NCBI GenBank assembly: GCA_002422995.1
Contig: DIUK01000096.1
Location: 1 to 49,421, forward strand
Source: Rhodocyclaceae bacterium UBA6160
GTDB taxonomy: Bacteria > Pseudomonadota > Gammaproteobacteria > Burkholderiales > Rhodocyclaceae
DNA length: 49,421 bases
Direction: 5' to 3'
Positions 28,353 to 36,614 of the stretch are shown one piece after another. The position numbers were made by a program, and so were the translations under genes. How positions within the stretch are numbered: the stretch's first letter is position 1; the number at the start of each line of letters is the position of its first letter. The notes under the pieces were generated by a model. The model saw only the letters and a program-made list of their open reading frames with translations, ran no database searches and had not been told where the DNA came from.

Positions 28353-29611
28353 CAGGACGGTTTAAGCTGGTGGGTAATAAAGTTCAAGGTTTCCATTTCA
28401 AGCTGGTTGCGTCGAGCAGCGATGTGAGCGCGCACCTGCGCCGGATTGGCCAATAAATCTATAGCGCGCAAATACAGTGCATCCGGGTTGAAGTTGGCTG
28501 CCGAGAAGCAGTTTTCAGATAAACCCATCAGATCGAAAAACCCCTGATGCTTGATGTCATACGCCAGCGCAAGGCAGGGTGTGCCAGCGCTGGTGGCCAG
28601 GATGCAAGAATGCAGCATGCCGCCGATGTGAAGATCGAGTTTGGCGTATTCACGTGCTAATGCCACCGTATCACCAGCGCCAGCGCGTTGCGTCCCGGTG
28701 GGAATTTTTTTGATTTTTATGCCGCGCTGGGCAAGCAATTTAGGCAGAACATTTTCTGTACCGTAATGCACAAAATATCTAAATTCCGCGCCGTTTTCAT
28801 GTTGCAGCTTGAGTAGTACATCACAATAAGCCTGTAGATTCTTCTTGAGCAGCGCGGTAGAGTTTTTGCCGTGAAATGAAAAATTAACGCCGATAATTGG
28901 CGGCGCATTTTCTGCCAGGTGTTTTTTGTCAAATGGTTTTTGGATACCCATGAGATGACAAAAATGCAGCGCAGGATCACTAATCAGCACTACAGGTTTT
29001 GAAGTCAGCGGCGTCAGAATAGATTGAGTCGTCGCGTCACGTACGGAGATGCCCTGAACGCGTTCGAGCAATTTGGCGACCATAGCAGCATCTTCAGGAT
29101 GAAAGCCGCTCGGTTTGATTGCCGTTGTTTGACCTGGCTTATTTAAGCCAACCCCAAAGAAAAAAGCAGAAATAGTGTGTTCCTGCAAATAAGCGAGATC
29201 ATCTTTAATGCGCTCGGCAAGTCGGCCATCGGGGTTGAGGAAAAAATAACCGCTGCCGCTAAAAATCAGCATCGTTTTTTTTGCATCGATATCGTTAATC
29301 TCATGCTGGTCAAGCCGCCCCCAGTTGATGGGCGATATGTCCGCGATAGGCAGAGCATGCTTGATTAACGCCGTGGTGGATTCTGCAATGGCAACGTCAC
29401 CCAGGTTGATGGCATCTCGCCCCTCATAGTTTTGGTAATCCAGTTTTGAAACATCTCCTGCGCGAAAGCGTGCGGCATCACGACTGCCATGGTAATAACG
29501 CCGCGCAGCAAAGCGAACACGCTCAACGAGGGTCAATGCCTCATGGGATTCCGCCTCAGCACCATAGACAATGGTTTGAGCTCCATACATGATTACTTTA
29601 TTGGCATTCAT
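28352..29611 (-). CDS. Polysaccharide pyruvyl transferase family protein
   Basis: NLGDVAI, ISVRD, SDPA, GMLHS and LAYDIK. Confidence 0.85.
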   Translation of the reverse strand: MNANKVIMYGAQTIVYGAEAESHEALTLVERVRFAARRYYHGSRDAARFRAGDVSKLDYQNYEGRDAINLGDVAIAESTTALIKHALPIADISPINWGRLDQHEINDIDAKKTMLIFSGSGYFFLNPDGRLAERIKDDLAYLQEHTISAFFFGVGLNKPGQTTAIKPSGFHPEDAAMVAKLLERVQGISVRDATTQSILTPLTSKPVVLISDPALHFCHLMGIQKPFDKKHLAENAPPIIGVNFSFHGKNSTALLKKNLQAYCDVLLKLQHENGAEFRYFVHYGTENVLPKLLAQRGIKIKKIPTGTQRAGAGDTVALAREYAKLDLHIGGMLHSCILATSAGTPCLALAYDIKHQGFFDLMGLSENCFSAANFNPDALYLRAIDLLANPAQVRAHIAARRNQLEMETLNFITHQLKPS

Positions 29612-29739
29612 GGCGTTTACTTGGTCATAGGCGGTAATAGCCTAGCGTTTATTGTTGTTACATAAAAGAAAAAGCATTTTCTGGCTTTCTTTAGCATGCA
29701 AATTCAATTCAGTTTCAATTTGATTCATTCGCTTGCCTG

Positions 29740-30909
29740 TTAATTTTTAACAAGTCCGGCCAGTATGTTCTCATAAAACAAAGCCAGCTTTTGATTCATG
29801 AATTCTTCGGACAAATGTGTTTTGGCGAATTTTTGCGCCGCCTGGCCGAGCGTTTGCCTGGCGGCGGTATCCAGCCGCGCGACGGACAGCAGCGCCTGGC
29901 ACCAATCTGCCGGGGCAGCCGGATTGCAGCGCTGTACTGCGGTGGATGCACCGTACACCGAGTTGAAGACTTCATCATCGGGGACGACAGCAGGAATGCC
30001 GCTGGCCAGCGCCTCGGCGGTTGTCAGAGAAAAGCCTTCTTCTGCGCTAGTTGAAATGTAGCCATCGCTCGCCTGGTAATAGGGGGCGGTATTGGCGACT
30101 TGTCCGGCCAGGATGACTTTGTCTTGCAGTTGTAGCGCGTCAATTTGAGTTCTTAGCGCAGCCAATTCAGGGCCATCGCCCACAATCAGCAAGCGGCTTT
30201 TGGGGTGGCTTTTAACGAGCTCGGCAAATACCTGCAAGGCGAACACAGGACGTTTTATGGTGTCAAGGCGGCCGCAAAACATGAGTACGAAATCTTCCTT
30301 AGCAAAGCCCAGGCGCTCGCGTAATGCTTGCCGGGCATCGGCATTGGGTTGGAAGCGCTCGGTGTCAATGCCATTATGGATCACTTCAATCGGCGTGGCG
30401 GCAGGGATCAAGTCTTGATACAGGCGGACGAAGGAATCTTTCACCGGGGCGGAAATCGTATAAACACCTTTTAAGCTGCGCAGTGCCTGTTTGGCAAAAG
30501 GGAGTGATTTTTTTGGCAGGGTTTTACTGTCAAATCTGCAATGCACGCCCATCACAAAAGGAATGTCGGCGGCGCTTAAAACATAGGCCAGCGAGATACC
30601 GACAAAATTCCAGGGCAAGGCAATATGCGCCAGCTCTATTTTGTAATAACGCAGCATGGGGATGCTGAGCTGAGCCAGCCAGCGAAACGGCGCGGCCAGG
30701 TGTTGCCGTTCGATAAATTTATATGGCTGCCAGTAGATGTATTGCCCACCGGCGGTTTTGATGTCGCGCTGCCATTGCGTCAGCTTGACAAAGCGGGGCG
30801 TGGCGACAAAAACCTGATGGCCAAGACGGGTCAATAGTTTCGTTTCCGCTTCAATGCGCCGTTCCATGCCGCCCAAGGCGGTTGAAATGCTGCAAATCAA
30901 TATTTTCAT
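29740..30909 (-). CDS. Glycosyltransferase family 4
   Basis: MKILI..GGMERR, IHNGIDTERF, GRLDTIK and EEGFSLTTAEALASG. The start at 30909 avoids overlap with the upstream gene. Confidence 0.9.
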   Translation of the reverse strand: MKILICSISTALGGMERRIEAETKLLTRLGHQVFVATPRFVKLTQWQRDIKTAGGQYIYWQPYKFIERQHLAAPFRWLAQLSIPMLRYYKIELAHIALPWNFVGISLAYVLSAADIPFVMGVHCRFDSKTLPKKSLPFAKQALRSLKGVYTISAPVKDSFVRLYQDLIPAATPIEVIHNGIDTERFQPNADARQALRERLGFAKEDFVLMFCGRLDTIKRPVFALQVFAELVKSHPKSRLLIVGDGPELAALRTQIDALQLQDKVILAGQVANTAPYYQASDGYISTSAEEGFSLTTAEALASGIPAVVPDDEVFNSVYGASTAVQRCNPAAPADWCQALLSVARLDTAARQTLGQAAQKFAKTHLSEEFMNQKLALFYENILAGLVKN

Positions 30910-30938
30910 GACAGGGTCCCGGGTGCTTTTGTCGGCAA

Positions 30939-31640
30939 TCAGGTGCGTTCCGCAAGTAAAAAGAAACCGCCGCAAAACAGGCCGGGGTTGCGCCTGGCCA
31001 GCCAGTCGATCAGCCCGGTCAGTCGCAACTGCCGCAGTTGATGCGACATCGGCACGGCGGGCGCTACCGGTGATAAATCGCTTATTAAACGAAAATCTGT
31101 GCTCGCCAGTAATTCACGGATGGAGCCTGGGGTAAAAAAACGGATATGCGGGTTGTCCCAATCGTGGCTGTCCGGGAAAAAGCGGTTCCAGTGAATCCCC
31201 GCGCCTAACAGCATGCGCAGACGCCCGGTGAGGGTGAAATGATTGGGGACGTTTATCAACAGTTTTCCGCCGGGTTTCAGGAGCCGGTGGGCTTCGCGCA
31301 GCGCGTGCTCAGGGGCTGCCAGATGTTCCAGCACGTCCAGGCACAATATCCAGTCGTATTGGGCGGAATCCAAAGGCAAAGCATTCTCCAGATTCGCCAC
31401 AAGGGTGTTCACGCCAAGGCTGTTGGCATGCGCTGCGGCGTCAGCTAAGCCTTCCACGCCGAGCACCTCGTTTTCTGGCTGCAGGATTGCCAGGTTAGCG
31501 CCAGCGCCTGAGCCGAGTTCCAGCACGCGGCAACCCGTGATGCGATGCGATTTTTTCAGTTGGGCGATGGTGTTGCGAATGTGGTCACGTTCGCCAAAAT
31601 CCACGGTGAGTCTTTCAAAACTGTAATTCACGGCTGTCAT
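30939..31640 (-). CDS. Class I SAM-dependent methyltransferase
   Basis: VLELGSGAG, DVLEHL, LKPGG and HIRFFT. Confidence 0.9.
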   Translation of the reverse strand: MTAVNYSFERLTVDFGERDHIRNTIAQLKKSHRITGCRVLELGSGAGANLAILQPENEVLGVEGLADAAAHANSLGVNTLVANLENALPLDSAQYDWILCLDVLEHLAAPEHALREAHRLLKPGGKLLINVPNHFTLTGRLRMLLGAGIHWNRFFPDSHDWDNPHIRFFTPGSIRELLASTDFRLISDLSPVAPAVPMSHQLRQLRLTGLIDWLARRNPGLFCGGFFLLAERT

Positions 31641-31667
31641 TAAAAACTCCTGAAATTTTTTTACGAT

Positions 31668-32831
31668 TCAAGCAGGCTCAAAAATATTTCTCAAGCGGAG
31701 GGCAAAAGCATTGAACGACAGGGTGCTGGAGACTGCACGGTGGCCATTGAGCGCAATGGTTTTTGCATAGTTGTTGTCTGATAACAAGCGAATGCAGTGA
31801 TGGGCAAAGTCATCATTCGATTCACCAACAAGGATATCTTGCCCTGCAACAAGGTAGTTGTTCCAGCCGGTGAATGAATAGCTGCTCGCTACCACAGGGC
31901 GTTGATGTGCACAGGCTTCTGGCACCTTAATGTTTGATCCGCCGCCAGACAACACAGGGACAACACAGACAGCGGCTTCTTTATATGCGGCATCCAGATC
32001 GTCAACATAGCCATCGGCAGTGCAATTGGGGGCGACATTCCAGCGGCGCAGATTGTCGGGCGTGGCTTTGCCGACGATTCTGAAACGGGCTGTGGGTGTT
32101 TTTTCAAGAATCTTCGGCCAGATATGAGCCAGAAAATGATCGACGGCACTGATGTTGGGCTGCCAGGACATAAAGCCGACAAACAACAGGGTCTTGCCGT
32201 CAGATGCTGAGTAATCGGCCGGGTGCCGGGGGAAGGTCGGCATGTTGCTGAGTAACCCGCCTTTTAGCTGGGGGAAGGCTTTTTGGTCGCGCTCACAAAC
32301 AAACAGGAAGGTGGCGTTTTTGAGGCGTGCCGCGTTTAAGCGCCATGTGATGAGGCGTTGATTAAGCCACTTGACCGCTTCTTTGAGGATGGCGCGCGGG
32401 GAGTTCAAGAGTGACCATGAAATGCTGTAAATCGGGTCGTCAAAGTCAATGATGAGTGGTTTGTTGCCGGGCAAATTGAATTTCAGGTAAGGCGTGATGT
32501 AGCGGCAAACGATGCAGTCGTACTGATCGAAATCGATGGTGTTGGCAAGCAGGGTTGAGAGCCGTTTTGAGGGTAGCCCGCACCAGGCGCGATCCAGCAG
32601 GGTTTTCGGCACATAGTTGAGGTGGAAGAGCTTGCCGCCGCCGAGTTCAGCGGGTAGGTCGGATGTGTGGTTAGGTGCATCGGTTTCAGATAACAAGACC
32701 ACATCTGTCGTGGCGTATTGACCAAGTGCCTTGAGCAGAAAGTGCGTTCGTTGCCCTGCGCCATAGTTGGTGCATTGCGGGTCGTGGTAGGTCAACAAGA
32801 GGCTGCGCCGTGGGGTTTGGGGCGAAGTCAT
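31668..32831 (-). CDS. Glycosyltransferase family 4-like
   Basis: GAGQRT, LFVGFMSWQPN, GYVDDL and GGGSNIKVPEA. Confidence 0.85.
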   Translation of the reverse strand: MTSPQTPRRSLLLTYHDPQCTNYGAGQRTHFLLKALGQYATTDVVLLSETDAPNHTSDLPAELGGGKLFHLNYVPKTLLDRAWCGLPSKRLSTLLANTIDFDQYDCIVCRYITPYLKFNLPGNKPLIIDFDDPIYSISWSLLNSPRAILKEAVKWLNQRLITWRLNAARLKNATFLFVCERDQKAFPQLKGGLLSNMPTFPRHPADYSASDGKTLLFVGFMSWQPNISAVDHFLAHIWPKILEKTPTARFRIVGKATPDNLRRWNVAPNCTADGYVDDLDAAYKEAAVCVVPVLSGGGSNIKVPEACAHQRPVVASSYSFTGWNNYLVAGQDILVGESNDDFAHHCIRLLSDNNYAKTIALNGHRAVSSTLSFNAFALRLRNIFEPA

Positions 32832-32893
32832 GACTTATGTCGCCGTCTCGCCAGCGCCGACTTTTTGGCGGGTTATACAGTGGGTGTGCATCG

Positions 32894-33703
32894 TTAGGTT
32901 GTTTCCGGTTTGCCCGTATTCAAATACTTGAGTTTGAGATACTTGAGATAAACCGTATCCCGTACATACTTGCCAAGTATCCGCCCCGGTGCGCCATCGC
33001 GCCAGCCGCCGTAGAGCAGGTGCCAGCGCGCCCAGATCAGCCAGGGGTAGACATAAATTTTTAGCGGGGAAGATGGCTCGCCTTTGGCCTGCATGTCTTC
33101 TGCGGCGAGTTTTGTGTACAGGCCGATTTTTGCGTAAAGGTCATCAATGCTGTCGCAGCTGTAATGCAGCAGAGGTTCGTTGATCTGGCCGATCTTGGCG
33201 CCATCCAGTTGCAGTTGTTCATGGATGATGCGGCTGCCGCGATGGCTTAAGCGTTCACGCTGAAACAGGCGGACAATGAATTCAGGGGTTTTGACGGGGT
33301 AAAAATTGCGCACTGGCTGCCCCATGAAAAACCAGTTTCTGCGGATGGAAAATCCGTCAGGGGTGATGCCTGCGTCGGTTTGAAAATGGGTTTTTTTTAA
33401 TTGTTGCAAGCGTTTGCCGAGTGCTTCTGAAACGACTTCATCCGAATCCAGCGCCAGCACCCACGGTTGGGTGCAGTGGTCTTCGGCAAAGATGCGCTGG
33501 TCGCGAAAGTTGTCAAAACTGCGCGTGAGAATGGTTGCGCCAAATTGGCGGGCTATTGTCAGTGTTTGGTCTGTGCTGCCGGAATCGACAATGAGAATTT
33601 CATCCGCTATCTGCTGGATGGAGGCGAGCACCTGCGCCAGACGGCGTTCACTGTTATGGGTGAGGATATAGCAGGAAAGCGGCGTGAGAGGTGTTGTCGT
33701 CAT
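32894..33703 (-). CDS. Glycosyltransferase family 2 (WaaE/KdtX-like)
   Basis: VDSGSTDQT, LDSDE, RLF, IHE and LLHYS. Confidence 0.9.
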   Translation of the reverse strand: MTTTPLTPLSCYILTHNSERRLAQVLASIQQIADEILIVDSGSTDQTLTIARQFGATILTRSFDNFRDQRIFAEDHCTQPWVLALDSDEVVSEALGKRLQQLKKTHFQTDAGITPDGFSIRRNWFFMGQPVRNFYPVKTPEFIVRLFQRERLSHRGSRIIHEQLQLDGAKIGQINEPLLHYSCDSIDDLYAKIGLYTKLAAEDMQAKGEPSSPLKIYVYPWLIWARWHLLYGGWRDGAPGRILGKYVRDTVYLKYLKLKYLNTGKPETT

Positions 33704-34551
33704 ATCGAGAAACGAGGCAGGCCGAAATGGTCGCGCAGTTGGTCTGAAATGCGTTGATAGACGGCCTTGGGTTTGAGCTTTACAAAGTGGGCGAACGAGG
33801 GCGAGTGTTGCACGTGCGTGCGCGGGAAAAAGCGCCCCAGCAGTCGGTAGTCATCATGGCGGGTAATTTCGCTGGTGTGTGTAAAAGGGTCAAAGCGAAT
33901 GTTGGTGGCGTTAATCGTCGTGATTTGTATGCTGCCTTCCGCTGGCTGGTAGCTGACTGTCGGGGTATGCAGCTTGCCCAGCGTTGCGCCAATGAAGGGT
34001 TCATCGGCCAGTTGCAGTTTGTTGCGATGAAACGAGCCGAGCAGTTCTTTGTGGTTTTCCACAAGGTCCAGCGCGGTGGCGAAAAAATGGTCGGCTTCGG
34101 CGCCCTGGCGGAAGTAAAACACACCGGAATTCAAGGTGCGCATGTAGTCAATGCCAAGTTTTTTAATCACTTCGGCAATATCAAAGCCATACCAGCGGCC
34201 CGAGGTGACTTTGCCGCCGGGGCTGCAAAAGCCGGGGCTTTGAAATTTTGCCCAGTGCCGGTCCATGTCGTTTTTGAGCAATATGCAGTCGGAATCGACA
34301 AACATCGTCTCGTCAAACGGGCTGACTTCATTGACGCGCAATTTATTCAGGCAGCCGTGAAAGCCGGGTTTGGCGTCCATAAAAGTGATCTGGTCGATGA
34401 ACTTGCGGTAGCTCTCGGGGATGCTCATGGTGCGGTCGGTGACGATGCACACTGGCCGCGTGGGGTCGTTGAGCTTTAATGAGAGCACCAGGTTCATGGC
34501 CAGATCAAGATAAAACGGCGTGCCGGTGGCGAGGGTGAGATAGCCTTGCAT
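33700..34551 (-). CDS. GT-A fold glycosyltransferase (GT8-like)
   Basis: LNKL, MFVDSDC (DxD), LNSGVFYF, ADEP and FAHF. CAGGA RBS. Confidence 0.7.
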   Translation of the reverse strand: MQGYLTLATGTPFYLDLAMNLVLSLKLNDPTRPVCIVTDRTMSIPESYRKFIDQITFMDAKPGFHGCLNKLRVNEVSPFDETMFVDSDCILLKNDMDRHWAKFQSPGFCSPGGKVTSGRWYGFDIAEVIKKLGIDYMRTLNSGVFYFRQGAEADHFFATALDLVENHKELLGSFHRNKLQLADEPFIGATLGKLHTPTVSYQPAEGSIQITTINATNIRFDPFTHTSEITRHDDYRLLGRFFPRTHVQHSPSFAHFVKLKPKAVYQRISDQLRDHFGLPRFSI

Positions 34552-34602
34552 GGGTGTCCTGTTGAGGTGTATCGGGTGTGTGCGAATGATGATAGAGAAA
34601 TC

Positions 34603-34995
34603 TCAAGGTTGCCTACTAATTAGTTTTTCCCCTCTCCCCTTGCGGGAGAGGGGTTGGGGGAGAGGGGGAAGCGTTACTGCCGTCATAATAGTTTCCAACA
34701 CGCCTTCTAGATTATTCATAATTTCATTGTTCCAGAACCGTAGCACCTTGAACCCTTGCGCACGCAACCAGGCATCACGGCTTTCATCACGAGGCGCATC
34801 ATTATGTTGCCCGCCATCTGCTTCTACGATCAGGCGCGCTCCAAAATGTACAAAATCGACGACATAAAAACCCATCGGTTGCTGGCGTCTGAATTTTTCG
34901 CCATTCAGTCGATGCGCACGCAAGTGTTGCCACAGCCTGGTCTCGCTTTCGGTCATGTGGTGTCGCAGATGCTTGGCAAATTCCCGCTGCTCCAT
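34603..34995 (-). CDS. DUF559 / Vsr-like PD-(D/E)XK endonuclease domain protein
   Basis: LRHHMTESETRLWQHLR, KFRRQQPMGFYVVDF, VEADGGQH and RDAWLRAQGFKVLRFWNNEI. The ATG at 34995 follows a GGAGAGG SD lying inside the flanking repeat. Confidence 0.9.
   Translation of the reverse strand: MEQREFAKHLRHHMTESETRLWQHLRAHRLNGEKFRRQQPMGFYVVDFVHFGARLIVEADGGQHNDAPRDESRDAWLRAQGFKVLRFWNNEIMNNLEGVLETIMTAVTLPPLPQPLSRKGRGEKLISRQP
34629..34667 (-). repeat. REP-like palindromic repeat, copy A (inverted relative to B and C)
   Basis: CCCCTCTCCC-CTTGC-GGGAGAGGGG (10-bp stem) followed by TTGGGGGAGAGGGG. Reverse complement of copy B apart from one G. Confidence 0.9.
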
Positions 34996-35000
34996 GTATA

Positions 35001-35039
35001 CCCCTCTCCCCAACCCCTCTCCCGCAAGGGGAGAGGGGC
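35001..35039 (+). repeat. REP-like palindromic repeat, copy B
   Basis: CCCCTCTCCCCAACCCCTCTCCCGCAAGGGGAGAGGGGC. Confidence 0.9.
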
Positions 35040-35074
35040 CAGAGACTTTATCAAGTGTTTGTGCGCTCACTCTG

Positions 35075-35105
35075 CCCAACCCCTCTCCCGCAAGGGGAGA
35101 GGGGC
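35075..35105 (+). repeat. REP-like palindromic repeat, copy C
   Basis: 31 nt identical to 35009-35039, 66 nt downstream. Confidence 0.9.
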
Positions 35106-35128
35106 TTTTGACGTGATATCAAGGATAT

Positions 35129-36610
35129 TCAGTGGCATCTGCTCATGCGCCACTGGGTGAGTTTATCCATGATGGTTGATTCCAGCCCTTCAGGCCGTCC
35201 GATCAAGTGCCAGCTCGCCAATGACCATAGCATGAAGAACACCGCGCCAGAAAGTATAGCAGCGGCAAGACTCAGTGCTGGCGAGGCGATTATCGCTGGC
35301 AGCGAGATGATGTAATTGACGAGTCCATACATTAAGGTTGCGCCTGCTAGCGGGCGGACCACGGTTTTAAGCGCAGCACTCATGCGCAGCTGACAAATTT
35401 TTTGGGTGTAGAGCAATGTTACCAGCGAGCTGACGACAGAGCTGATTGTTCGTGCCAGGGCAAGCCCGATCAGATGAAAGCCGGGGACGAGCGCAATCGC
35501 GGCAAGTACAAAGCTGGCAAATTCGATCCAGATAATCTGGCTTTGCGAGCGGGTGTGGCCATGCAGAATCAGCAAAGTGTTGGCCGGGGATGTCATGGTT
35601 TGCAGTACAGAAGCCAAGGCAAACAGCGAAACAAAAGGTACGGCATCCATCCATTTGCTGCCCAGGGCGATGTGGGTTGCTTGAGCGGCAATGGCCATAA
35701 ACCCGAGCCCGATGGGCCAGATGACGGTATTCACTGCGGCGATGGTTTTGATCACCGCCTGATTGGTGCGCTCGATATTTCCTTCAAGAGACGAGAGCAC
35801 AGGTAAAAGCGCTTTGAGCATGGCCGGGCCAATTTCGCCGACGGGCATCTGGCCGAAATCAGAACCGACGTTATACAGCCCGAACTGCGCCGTGGTGCCG
35901 ATGCGGCCCGCAGCAAGTTCGTCCCCTTTGTGCAAGATGAATTGGCCCACGCGCGCCACCATCAGCCATTTGGTGATCGCCCATATCTCGCCAATTTTTG
36001 AGGTGTTCCAGCGCGGGCGATAGGGGTGCCACCAATAGCTCAAGAAAACAGGCACGGTATACCCGGCGATGATGCCGATGACCAGGGCACGGTAATCGCG
36101 CAGTATCATGCCGGCGATTACGGTGGTGACGACGCTGGCAATTTTTGTGGCGGTCGAGATTTTGAAATCCAGCGTGTAGATAAATGCCTTGCGCGCCAGC
36201 ACCTGGCCGATATTGCTAAAGCTGATAAAGATAACGCTGGCAGAAAGTGCCAGAAGCACAAAGGTTAGCCGTGGTTCATTGAAGTATTCAAGCGCTAGCG
36301 GTAGCGCCAGCAGCAGCATGAGGCCCGCGCCCAGCCCTTGGAGTATGCCTAGCGTCCAGGCTGAATCAATTTCATCGCGGGTAACTTCTGCCTTGCGCAG
36401 CAAGGCAACGGATGGGCCGAAATCGAGAAAGGTTTGAATCAGGCCGACAACCAGCATGCCCATGGCGACAATGCCGTAATCTTCCGGCATGAGCAGGCGC
36501 GCCATGATGACGGTATTGATAAAGCCCAGCCCTTTGATGAGCCAGCGGGTGCCGACTGTCCATGCGGCGCCACGGATAAGATTGGTTTTTGGGTTGTTGG
36601 AAGGCGCCAT
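35129..36610 (-). CDS. wzx: Wzx-type polysaccharide flippase (WzxC-like, MOP superfamily)
   Basis: GAAWT, MARLLMPEDYGIVAM, GLYN, LGSKWMDAVP and about 12-14 TMs. Confidence 0.9.
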   Translation of the reverse strand: MAPSNNPKTNLIRGAAWTVGTRWLIKGLGFINTVIMARLLMPEDYGIVAMGMLVVGLIQTFLDFGPSVALLRKAEVTRDEIDSAWTLGILQGLGAGLMLLLALPLALEYFNEPRLTFVLLALSASVIFISFSNIGQVLARKAFIYTLDFKISTATKIASVVTTVIAGMILRDYRALVIGIIAGYTVPVFLSYWWHPYRPRWNTSKIGEIWAITKWLMVARVGQFILHKGDELAAGRIGTTAQFGLYNVGSDFGQMPVGEIGPAMLKALLPVLSSLEGNIERTNQAVIKTIAAVNTVIWPIGLGFMAIAAQATHIALGSKWMDAVPFVSLFALASVLQTMTSPANTLLILHGHTRSQSQIIWIEFASFVLAAIALVPGFHLIGLALARTISSVVSSLVTLLYTQKICQLRMSAALKTVVRPLAGATLMYGLVNYIISLPAIIASPALSLAAAILSGAVFFMLWSLASWHLIGRPEGLESTIMDKLTQWRMSRCH

Positions 36611-36614
36611 AGAA

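Noticed and set aside
33754-34479. 241-aa + strand ORF
   Set aside because: Antisense shadow of the GT8-like gene, with no recognisable motifs.
34996-35079. 28-aa N-terminal extension of the DUF559 ORF in the track
   Set aside because: It is translated repeat sequence starting from a TTG inside copy C. The ATG at 34995 has a proper SD.
35001-35105. Repeat-spacer-repeat (31-nt repeat, 35-nt spacer) as a minimal CRISPR array
   Set aside because: Only two direct copies, with the third inverted. No cas genes or leader; the sequence is a REP-like hairpin.
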